From assembly GCA_016748015.1 (NCBI GenBank), contig JAAOMT010000570.1, positions 562,043 through 626,042 of the forward strand: 64,000 nucleotides of DNA. Reading direction: 5' to 3'. Positions 38,401 to 49,880 of the stretch are shown here, in pieces. The translations under genes and the position numbers were made by a program. The DNA comes from Geosiphon pyriformis uo1 (lineage: Eukaryota > Fungi > Glomeromycota). Below the pieces are notes generated by a model. That model worked only from the letters and a program-made list of their open reading frames with translations, had not been told where the DNA came from and did not search any database. Numbering within the stretch: the first letter of the stretch is position 1; each line of letters opens with the position of its first letter.

Positions 38401-40124
38401 CACTCATATGGCTTAGGGATCATTGAGACCCAGGCTTTCTTCCAAGCACTAGGTATTGACTCACAAATCAAACAAGAATTTAAAAGCACCAAAAGCATAT
38501 TCAAAATTGATCTGTTATAGTGTTTCCAGAGCTCATTCGAAATCCCAGAAAGACCAGCAGCCTTGCTCTCAGGCAGACCAGAAACCACACTGAACAACTC
38601 ATTGAAACCAACAAGACACATTATACCAGAAAATGCACCATTGAAAACATACTCCAAAGGCTTGTACTGGTGAGACCAAATATTGGAGATATCTGGCATT
38701 ACCTTGCACTTCCTGGTCCAGCCTTCCATGATCTCATCCACCCTAACCTTGACTGAGCTGGGCTCCAAAATCAACTTGTCACCCACAACCAGATAATCCA
38801 GTACCACTTTGCGAAAGGGATGCTCCAAAACACTCCTGATAGTGTGATCCTTGTCTGATTCGAAACTTTCTATTCTTCTATTAATAGCCGCCCTGATATG
38901 GGATTCCTCAGCATGTTTGAATTTCAGCAACTTAGCAGAGTGGTAAGACTTCCTTGCCTTAGCCAGAGCCGAGCAAATCCTGTCAAAACTGGAGCTTGAA
39001 AGAAATAAAGACTTTACCACCGAAGCACCATTAACATTAAGCTTCTCCCATGTATTCAACAACAACACAAATTCCACACTAGACAACAAACGAGACGCCT
39101 TAACCAGCTTGAATACCAGCAACTCAAGCTTGTGAAACCTAGAAGAACTCTTGGTAAAAACCTCATCATAACCCTTAAACCATTTCTTTTTGAATGTTCC
39201 AACTGCTGAAAGAACCATTACTTTGCATACAATGTCCCATATAGCATCCAAATCTGAAGATTTTGCAGAAGCAGCGAAATTACTCGAGAACATTAGGCCA
39301 TTGGCCAATGTAGCATTCTTAAAATTGTTCTACCCTTTCTTGCCAGCATTCCCGAAATCAAACTTCCAACAATTTTTATTAGCCTGCTTACATATCAAAT
39401 TCAGCTAAGAGTCAAGCAAGCCACCCAAACCCACAGAAACAGAAACAGCCTTATGATCAGTATTAAAAAAGTCCTCAACCCCAGTCACACCACAATCCAC
39501 CACAGCATTGACCAAGCTCGAAGAGATGAACATATAGTCAATGGTCTTGACAACACTATGAGAGTTACCCCATGTCAGCGTCTTTGCAAGCACACTTCCA
39601 CCCAAGACATTAACCAGACCCAGATCAAAGCACTTTTTGAAACTGGCACTCTTATGAACGTCATCCTCATTGAAGTCGCCACCCAAGACCACAAAAAAAG
39701 ATTCATTTACTGCCTTAGCAATCAAAGAATTGATGTCACCAGCCTGTGAGAATCGGACACTTGAAGAGGCACCAGCATAGAGACCCAAAACAAAAACCGA
39801 AAGTTTATTTTTAAAGAGAAGTTTGATGGAGAGGAGCTGGCCGGGCACCTCAGAAACCTTGAAAATATGCCTTGCCAAAGAAGAATTCATGATGATTAAC
39901 ACCCCAGCATCCAAAGAACCAGAATCCAGACCAGAAGTAAAAACCCGAACACCATCAAATTTGTTGGCCAACCACGGACAAACTTTCTCTTTAAGCTTTG
40001 ACTCAGTGAAAATAGAAACTAAATTGCCCATATTTCTATGCCAACAAATAACATCATCTTGCTTCACAGGATTGTTCAACCCACGAACATTACATGTAGC
40101 AATTTTCTACACCAGACCACTCAT
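35458..40124 (-). pseudogene. LINE ORF2 (APE-RT-RNase H-zinc finger), disrupted mostly by stop codons
   Basis: Fragments 39405-40079, 37800-39308, 37203-37667, 35994-36842 and 35458-35679. Confidence 0.95.
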
Positions 40125-41920
40125 TGAGAAAGAGGTAGAGGAAGAGCATCATCTGCTAAAGCCAAATCATCCAAGTGCACTGATAGGCTTATGATTGAAG
40201 CAGAGAGACTTTCCAACATGTTTTCCAATTTCACAACCTCAGGTGAGGCAGTTGAACCTGTAACGGCAGCAGTCTTGTTACTAGTGGCATCATCCAAACC
40301 CACTCCCATCACTATATCCTCTCCTTGATTCTGTGATGGAAGGGTCACCGGCAGCTAACATCCAGGGCTAGGCTGGGAAACTGCCGGCACAAATAAGTCC
40401 AACCTCTTAGCCAACTCACCAATTTGTCCTGCGAGACTGACAAGACTGCTCTCAATATTCTTCAAATGGTCTTCCAATTCACCACTAACAGTTGGGAAAG
40501 ATTTACCATAAGATAAGGAACCAGATTGAGCTGAACCACTAAATGATGCTAACGGAAGTGGTTTACCAACCATAGAGGCCCAGGTTTTTCCACTGAAAGC
40601 CAAAAGGTGAGAAATGGGGGCAGATTTTTTTTCATATATCTTAGCCAGACAGAGCTGATCCTAAGCTGAGAGAGGAGCTCTCTTGCTCCTAGAACTTGAG
40701 GATACACCAGCAATACAACAAGCGAAAGAAGTATGACCGGAATTTCTGCAAATTAAGCACAGTACAGCAGTCAAACAAGACCAATGGAGACCAACACCTT
40801 TTATAACAGGAGTGTTTGCCATTGTCTGAATAAGGCTACCCTTAGAATCAAAGCACATAGTGGCACAGCGTGCCCAGACATAACTGACAGAGCTGCGTTC
40901 AATAACACATGTTTTCCCACCAACTGAACTAATGAAGTCTCAAAGATCATAAGCAGTAGTGCCCATAGGGAGAGTGTAAAGCAAAGCCCTGAACTCATCT
41001 CTGGCGTTCCACGTTTGTTTGTCAACATTGGCTCGGGCCACATGCACTGCATCTTTCCCAATAAGAACAGACTACTTAGCTGCCAAGAGATCAGCCTGAA
41101 TTTGATCTTCCAATTCGACAATCGTCTTTTGCCATAGACCCACCAACTGCATTTTGATTGACTTAATAAGCCCAAATTCAGAAATGGCTGCATGCACTGC
41201 CTCGATGGAAGTTCCCACAGGAATTTCTTTCAACACAATTGTCCGATTCATATGATTGTTGATGGGACGCTTAAGATCGGTGTTTATCACAACACCACAA
41301 TTATTTGCCAATTGAGCAGCTGCCATCATCGCCTTTTCGGAAGTGAAAGATGCCCAGATGATTCCACCAAATTTTGAGGAAGCAGAGGCCCCCCCAAAAC
41401 CATTCACACCTGAGAAAATTTTTCTGACAAAGTTCAATTTCTCCTGAGATGATTTCCCAGCAACAGCCATGAGATCAATATCCAAAGCAAAGGACTTGCA
41501 AACAGGCACTTGAACGGACGGTTTGATAGGCAAAGGGGGTGGGAGAAGGAAGGAACCATCTAACACGTCATCATCTACATTGACAGTACCATAATCAATC
41601 ACATCCAGAGGCTTCCTTAACACCTTCTTGGTCTTTACACGCAAACTCTTAGGCATTTGATTAGAATCCCCTCCTGTGAAAGCACTATTCTCACCATAGT
41701 CAACACTGGTTTCCTTAATCAAGCACTCCTCCTCCATGTCAATATTCTCAGATTCAGTAGTGTCACTTGCCTCAGAACCCCATGAACGATTACCAAGAGC
41801 TTTATCAGCAACCTCACTATTATCAACACTCTCTGCCAATACACCACCCTTTCTTTTCTTCCTCGATGCAACTGTTTTAAAACCATCCTCAGAACCAGAA
41901 ACTTTGATAGCCTTCTTCAT
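40121..41920 (-). pseudogene. LINE ORF1 (RRM-like plus CLICRNSGHTSFAC zinc knuckle)
   Basis: Same-frame fragments 41072-41920, 40661-40858, 40355-40603 and 40121-40348. Confidence 0.9.
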
Positions 41921-42299
41921 AACAGCAATAACAGAGCCAACAGTAGCCTCGTAATCGAAAAATGGTTTTAATTTATTGTACTGAATGGTAAAAAAACTTT
42001 TTTCGAAAAAACTTTAGACTCTTTTTTGGGAATTTTGGATGAAGGAGAGAAAGAAGTTTTTTTTATTTTTATTAATTATAATATTTATTTTAGATTTAAT
42101 TATAAACAACAGTTTTTTTCTATTTAATTTTTAATTAATATATAACTAAATTGTTTAATATATTGAATTTTAATTAATTTTTACCAGTTATAAAAACAAA
42201 CAGTTATGTTTTTATATATAACTTTAAATAATTTATTTATTTATTTATTTATTTATTTATTTTGATTTTAAAAATTGAACTAATTAAATAAAAACTAAA

Positions 42300-43775
42300 C
42301 ATTTTTTTGTTTTCTAAAAATATTATTTTTAATGTCTTTAAAAAACTATTACAAATTATTAAATAAATAACTTTTATTTTAATGTTTAATAAAACTATAA
42401 AAATTAAATCAATTTATATATTAAAACTATTTTTTAGTTTTTGTATAATTTGTTAAATTCAAAATTAATAATTTAAAACAATATTAAGCTTTTTTACATA
42501 AAGTTTGTATTTTAAACTTTTTAAATATTGTTTTATAGATTAAAGTTGCTAAATTAATCTTTTTTATTTTATTTTTAAGATTGTAAAATTTTCTGTGGTT
42601 TTGGTATTTGTTTTTGTTTTTGCTATTGTAATTTGTTTAATGTTTTTTTAAAATATATTTTTTAATAAAATTGTAAATATTAAATCAAAATCTATTAGTT
42701 TATAGTAATATATTGTGTATTTAAAGCTGTTAATACTATTTTGTTTGTTAATTAATTTTAATAATAAAAAATAAAAGAATTTTTTTTTGATTAATTAAAA
42801 AAAATTGTTGTTTTTTATAATAATTTTAAAATTAAATTAGTTAATTTTTTTTTGGTTATAATTTTTAAAATTAATAATTTGGTTTTTTAAGTAAATAGTT
42901 AAATCTGGTTTATTTTTTAGTTTTTTAATATTAATTATTAATAATAATTTATTACTGTTATTTTTAAGTTTAAAAAAGCTTTTAATAAAATAATTGTTAA
43001 AATTTATATGCTATATAAAAGTTATATTCGGTAAAAAACTTTTAAATATTAATATTGTTACAAATATTAAAAATTAAATTATTTAGTATTTGTTTGTAAA
43101 GCTGTTTTTTTTTTAAAAAAAAAATTTTGTTATGTTTAAAGTTTTTGTTAATTAATTTATTAAATTAATGTTTTATTTGGTTTTTTTTTAATAAGACTTA
43201 TAAATTTAAATTTGTTTTTTTGAAATTCAAGTTTCAAAATTTATTTGTTATTATTAATTTTATAATTGTAAAAATTAATTTTCTGGTCGTTTTTTTTTTG
43301 ACTGTTTATATTAATTTTATTATAAACATTAAAAGTTATTTTGTTTTTTGAAGACTTTAATTAAGTATATTATTAAATTAATTATTATTGTATTTAAAAA
43401 TTTTAACCAATTTATAAATAAGTACAAAGCTTAAAAAGTGAATAATTGTGACTTTAAAGATTATAAATTATTTGTTATTAGTTATAAAAATTATATATTA
43501 TATATATATATTATGATAGAAGATAAAATTAAGTTTAATAAAAATATAGCTAAAAAATAATTGCAAAAACTTATTAAAAATAAACCAAGTATTTTAATAA
43601 GATTAAAAAATCAAGTGTTTTTGGTTTGAAAAATAGATGGATATTTATTGGTTTTTGTTTAAGTAATTAATTATATATTATAAATAATATAAATTAAACC
43701 TATAATTTAACTTTTAAAAATAGAAACAATACAGATTTTTGGTAAAATTATACTTACTAAAAACATAATAAAAAA
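42300..43775 (+). mobile_element. Very degenerate copy of the ORF1-only element, including 3' UTR and tail
   Basis: 42570-43110 aligns with the reverse complement of 26360-26960 (e.g. 'atattcggtaaaaaacttttaaatattaatattgtt' vs 'atatttggtagaaaacttttgaatgttaatgctgtt'). It ends 'atacttactaaaaacataataaaaaaa', like 'atacttgttaaaactttaataaaaaaa'. Confidence 0.7.
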
Positions 43776-43873
43776 ATTATATTAAACAAATATAATATTC
43801 ATTTAACAAAATTGTAAAAAGCAAAAAATATATAATTGTTAATTATAAAATACAAATATTTTAAATTGTTTTA

Positions 43874-44808
43874 AAAATTTTACTTTAATGATTATTTTTA
43901 AAAAATACATAATAATATGTAAATTTGAATAGTTTTTATAAAAAAATTATACATCAAACAAGTAATCAAACATTTCAAGATTTATTTATAACTAATTGTT
44001 ACAATTGTTATTATTGTCAATTAGAAAATTAATTCATCACAACAAAAAACAACTTGTAAAACTGATTTTTAGCAAAACATTTAAAAAACCAACAAACCAT
44101 TTTCATTATACTGAATAACAATAAAGATAAATTGTTTGTTTGTAAAGTGAGTAAAAGACCATATGACAATAATTAAACAAAAATTGAACATAACTTGCTT
44201 ACATTTTGTTTAGTTTCAATTGCCAATAAGAATGAATAAGTTCTATCAATTGAAAAATACTATTTCTGTAATGTGGAAAAGAGTAGGTAAGCCTTAACTT
44301 TGAAAAGATGTTTTATTAATGTAGATTCAAATCCAAAATTTTTTACTTTAATGATTATTTTTAAAAAATACATAATAATATGTAAATTTGAATAGTTTTT
44401 ATAAAAAAATTTATACATCAAACAAGTAATCAAACATTTCAATATTTATTTATAACTAATTGTTACAATTGTTATTATTGTCAATTAGAAAATTAATTCA
44501 TCACAACAAAAAACAACTTGTAAAACTGATTTTTAGCAAAACATTTAAAAAACCAACAAACCATTTTCATTATACTGAATAACAATGAAGATAAATTGTT
44601 TGTTTGTAAAGTGAGTAAAAGACCATATGACAATAATTAAACAAAAATTGAACATAACTTGCTTACATTTTGTTTAGTTTCAATTGCCAATAAGAATGGA
44701 TAAGTTCTATCAATTGAAAAATACTATTTCTGTAATGTGGAAAAGAGTAGGTAAGCCTTAACTTTGAAAAGATGTTTTATTAATGTAGATTCAAATCCAA
44801 AATTTTTT
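43874..44808. repeat. Near-perfect tandem duplication, two units of ~464 bp
   Basis: 43882-44344 is repeated at 44345-44808 with about four differences. AAAATTTT occurs at the start, the junction and the end. Confidence 0.95.
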
Positions 44809-45294
44809 GTAAAAAATTGAAGAAAAATCCAACGCAGCACAAACATTAATGATGTTTTAACAAAAACACCAAGCAGACCAAAAAAAGCAATATTCATAGT
44901 GATTATTTTACTTAGGATTCATGTTTGGCAAAACCTGAAAGGAATAATTTCAAAACTACATTATTCATAGTACAAAATTAAACCTTGAAAAATTCCATTC
45001 GACAATATGATATACCCTAGTTTTTTTTTGGTACGGTTGTGAGTTAGTTATTAATTTCAAAGTTTTTTAAATTTTTAATTTGGAACTTGATGACCCTTGT
45101 TTATTTACAACAATCGATCCAAAATGCTATGGGGAATAGGATTTTAATAAAGCTCACATTTCCTGTTGAGTTACATTTGACAACGAATACAATTGCGAAG
45201 AAACTAATTGGCTATTTTCAATTTAAACTATTTGAAATAAAGCTATTCAAATATCTTCTTATTAATCGTGGTAAAATTTTATTCCCAAACCCTT

Positions 45295-46452
45295 TCAAGC
45301 AGAAGGAAGATTAGCAGTGGTTGAGGTTTCAATTTCGGGGTCAATCTCGGGTTCAGTGATTGGTTTCAAATATGTAACCGGAATCAGAATTTCGTTCTTT
45401 CGTAGAAATGGAAGTGTCCACTGTATTTCGATATTAAAAAATTGATTATCAAAAAATTTCATGTAAAACTTTGACATTTGATCAAAATTATAACTTACAG
45501 GAGGATTATACCGGGCCAGAATAGATTTTGCATCGTCTGCTACGCTAACATCTTGGTCTTGCTTCAATGCGGCTATTATCTTTTCAGATAATGTCTTTAC
45601 TTTAGAGTCTGAGTTGAAGCCTGGAAAACATTTAAGAGATTAGAATTCGGTAACAGAGTTAAATCAGAAATGAAATAATTTGGCCAACCTGAAAAAGTGA
45701 ATGTAGCAAATGTCTGTTCAGGGACTTCAGTGAGTTTAACTCGAGAATCTATCGGGGTAGGAAGATCCGAGATCTTACTATACTGTGACGGCATGGTAAA
45801 TGCCATTTTGTACAGTTTGTTGGATGAGGAAGAAGTTGTTTCTGTTGAAACAGGAGGCGCCTATCATAAGAGAAGAAAAGAAGGGTAAGATGTTTTAGTA
45901 GTAGAAAAATTGCATGTAAAGTTGAAAATTTCCATTACAACCTCTGAGTTAGCTTCTGTCAACACTGGTGCAGTCTATTCAAAAATAATGATTGTAATTA
46001 TAAGTAAAAAATATTATTTTCACAAATTTCCAGAGTTTGTGAAGTAGGATTCTTACCATGGCAACTTTAGTGTTGTTTTCTTTTTCAGTTAAAACAGGCA
46101 CAGTCTATATTTTATTGGGATTGAGAAAAAAAACACGCATAATGAATAAGATTTCTTCGAATTGGGAATCCACAAACTTGCCAGTAAACTTTATCTTAAA
46201 TCTGATAATTCTATATACCATTGCAACTTTCGTATTCTCGTTAGATTCTCCGTTTTTCACGGTGTTCTTTCCAAAAATGTATCCAGCTAACAACCGAAAA
46301 CTTCCATTCGCATCCGCCAATTCACCCTCATATTCCGCCTCAGCACGTATGGAAGGTGGATAGACGCGAATTTCATAATCATCGGTTTTCTTAAGAACGC
46401 GATGTTTTGGGGTTTCCACGTCAATTTTGCCAAAAAGTGAGCCGATGGACAT
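45295..46452 (-). CDS. SOUL family haem-binding protein, 6 exons (46452-46219, 46104-46057, 45974-45942, 45860-45689, 45620-45499, 45420-45295)
   Basis: Family motifs VETPKH, YEIRVYP, FRLLAGYIFG, VAMTAPV, MAFTMPS, FSG and ARYNPP-WTLPFLRKNEI. All joins are GT-AG and keep frame. The exon 3 donor could be 3 nt further (45939). Confidence 0.92.
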
Positions 46453-47050
46453 GATTAATTTATTTTGTGGGTTAGTGAATTTGATAAGGTGGATGAGAAT
46501 TGTGAATATAGAACTTGATCGTTGAAGTTGGAAATTTTTGGTTGATGAATCTTTAGTATAATTTCGATAATTAACGTGTTTTTATCTTTAGAAAAAAAGT
46601 GGTAGCGAACGCGAACCTTTATATATACACACTTTTTTAACTATCAGAAAATTACAAAGGATAAATTTTTTGATTTCTCATCAAATGATAAATCGTGATC
46701 TTCAAAAGAAATCTCCGATCTTTAATCATTCATAGCAAAGGGAATTTGTCAGCTATTCGATATTGATTGTATTTTATTAAATGATAGCATTCACAAAAAG
46801 TTGGTGAGATTTCTTTTTTCCGATCGTTTTATTCCAAGATATCAAATACTCAAATCCCCAAACACAAGTACACAGCAAATGAGCTGATTTTGGGATCAGG
46901 GGTTCGGAAAAATCTCGGATTCAATTTGATACAGAAATTCTGAATATTTTGGTTAAAAAATGAGAATTTGTCATGAAAATTTTTGTAGAGAAAGAAAATC
47001 ATTAAAAGTATAGGCATAACAAAAAACTTGTCAAATTAGAATTGAGCAAA

Positions 47051-47091
<41 letters not shown>

Positions 47092-47103
47092 GATTATTAT
47101 TAT
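47051..47103. repeat. (TTA)n microsatellite
   Basis: Directly visible; explains the poly-N run of ORF 47036-47329. Confidence 0.9.
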
Positions 47104-49880
47104 AGAATTTTTCGTCGATGTGAAGACTATCTTTTGACATATGCCTCAAAGACGTCTTTTTCCGTAAAGGAAGTAGATTACCAGTCGCTTCACCATTACA
47201 TTCTTGGATACTGAAAAATTGTTTACTGCAGAGGATTGGGATGAAATTAAGAGCAAAAGTTTTCAAACAACCAAAGTGGATGTGTATGTAAGTCGAGATT
47301 TTTTCTCTCCATGATACTTTACTGAACAAAGGTTTGCAATACTAAAATTTTAGATTCGAAACAGTTGATCTGAGAAAGGTTCTGGGAAGACCTCATAGCA
47401 GAATGGCCTGAAAATGTGATGATGTATTTATTAGTTCTATTTTTGGCTTTTCCGTAACATTTTAAAAATCTTATGACATATACACACCTTATGAACAGTA
47501 GACCCAAATGAAACGCTCCCAAAAGAAACATTCAAAGAGCTCGTTTCATGGCAATGTATGGTTGGTTATTATTGATCATGCATTTCCCAACATTCGAGAT
47601 TATCAGGTATATATTCACAGGACGGGAAGCGAGCCTAAAAAGACAGAACGTCTACTCGACGGGGATTTTCTAAACCTATAACAGCAATCGAAGTGATAAA
47701 AACGCTTGTTCATGTGAAATCTACCAAAATGCTCACAGATGGATTAAAAATGATAAAAACATTATGTCAAATGAACAATCCAAATGGATACATCACACTT
47801 GAAAAAAAGAAATTTCATGAGATATAGATGATGGTCAAAAAAAAGGTGAAAAATTTGATCATACTCTTATCAAGTGTGTAAACAGTGAAATTTTTTGTTT
47901 ACTTTTTTTCTTTACATTCTCCAACATCAGAAAATGGTGATTAATTCTGTGAAAAACTCTGCCACATTCCGTTTCTTTGCCTTGGGTTCATTTAATATCA
48001 CGAATAGCAGTAGCAAAAGTTCTTTTTATGATATTGGATTTGACACAATATCTTTCTTAATGTAAAGATGGCAAAGAAAAATAACGTTTTATGAGCAAAA
48101 TGGCTTGTAACATTTAATATTCAGAAATGACCCCTTTATTGTCAATAATGATCTACAATACAATATATTATTTTGAGTGTTTAATGTTTTGCAGTCAAAA
48201 GCTGATTTGGGCTTTTTCGTTATCTTTTGGGTGTGCATTGTAACCCCCAAGCGATTATCTTCCAATGAAGAGAAAGAATCAGAATAGTAATAGAGTAATT
48301 TTAAAAATTAATTTTATTATTGTTTGTTTTTTGTGACATATTATAATAATAATAATAATAATTCCTGAATTTTTCTCTTACAGCATAGATGGCGCTGATG
48401 AAAATAAACGAAAAAATATATATTATCATTCATTACTCGAAATTAACCAGATGTTTCGACGCACAATAATATATATATATATACATATATTCTTGAACTC
48501 ACATGATTGTCGACGTTTAAGAATGATAACTGGATTAGAAACTAATTTTTTTGTTCGATAAAGTTATTCTTACCTAATCCATCCATCGGCGGTTTTAAAC
48601 TCGTTTTTTTTTTTTAAATAAAAAAAAGTTCAAATTGATCGCTTTTCGCGTTAGTGTAACTTTCTTATTGTTCATGCTTTACACGTTTTCTTTTATTGAG
48701 GTAAAGAGTTAAAAAAGCTCATGCCCAGCAGGAAATAACTTTACTATTCCTTTTAAGAGGGCTGGAATCTCTCACATGTGCTCTTCCCCTTCACTTTTCT
48801 CTAAACGTCTCGTAATAATAAATTTGGGTTCAATTAATCCAAAAACGTAAATTCATGCTCTACTTTTTTTGTCTTTCGCTTTTTTGATTCAAGTTTTATC
48901 TGGATTTGGTTTGATTTGATTTGGTTTGATTCCTTCTATTTCTCTTTGTTCTCGGGCTTTTTTCTTCAATTAAACTCTTTAATAACAACTTTCTCTTTGC
49001 TTTGTAATTCTTTGTAGGTTCTTACCATTAATGAGTAAATTTAATTCTCTTTTTTTAGTTTAGTAATATAATTATATTTTTGTTTTTTTTCTTGCTCTTT
49101 TCTTTTTCCTTTTTGTTTGTTGTTATAACCATTTTGTGTACTTTATCCTTTTCGGTTATTATCATTATACAATCTTTCTTTCCTTCAATTGCCTAGAAAA
49201 ATATCATCACCGTTCCATTCTCTCTATCAATCGCGTTACTGTTTCTTTCTCTGTAATTAATCTCTAATTCTTGATTTTCAATTCTTTAATCTCTTTGCTT
49301 GATTAATTTCTTTCCAATTTGACTTTATCGGTGTTTCCCAATTACTATAAATGTGGAAAAAGATATTTTTATCAGAATGTGTAATAGTGTTTTTGTCTTG
49401 ATTAAAGTAAGAATAATGAAAAGCGTTCAAAGAGATATAAGGAAAAGTCTCAGGTTCGAATAAAGATAACTCGTCAAAATGAAATTTGATTCAGAAGTAT
49501 TGTCTTACACTGAATCAACTAAAAGAAATTTACTCGGCAGATAACACTATCAAAATGAATTTTTTAGAGTCTAATTTAAAGTTTTCCACATTTTTGTCTT
49601 TCGAAAATAATTTTTACAACTTTCCAAATAATTTTATTCAAAGAGAGATATAACGTCTTTAATACTACATAAGTTTAAATAATAAATACAAGAGGTTTTT
49701 CCCCTCTAAAATCTTTTTTTAGTCAATAAATGTTGTGATTTATTGGATATCTAATAAAAATCGGCATAATAGAGAAAAAAAATACAATGCAGAATAGTAA
49801 AATGGGTATTATTGTTACTGTTGTTGTTTTTATTATTATTATTATTATTATTGTTGTTGTTGTTATTTTTATTATTATTG

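Larger units (their letters stand above)
35335..42058 (-). mobile_element. Full-length LINE, the least degenerate copy in the window
   Basis: ORF1 41920-40121 and ORF2 40124-35458, with APE (VLGGDFN, TIDYMF), RT (QDMRKAYDSV, QGEVFSPLLW, FVDD), RNase H (YTDGS, DSQAAL) and CLFC..H..C finger. 3' UTR at 35342-35457. Retains many CpGs. Confidence 0.97.

Noticed and set aside
35300-42080. Target-site duplications around full-length LINEs
   Set aside because: Flanks are low-complexity T/A runs, so any match is uninformative.
47036-47531. ORFs 47036-47329 and 47319-47531 as genes
   Set aside because: Short, with no recognisable domain; one runs through a (TTA)n microsatellite.
48395-48414. CTGATGA...CGAAA resembling a hammerhead ribozyme core
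   Set aside because: No stem II can form between the two motifs, and flanking stems I and III are absent.
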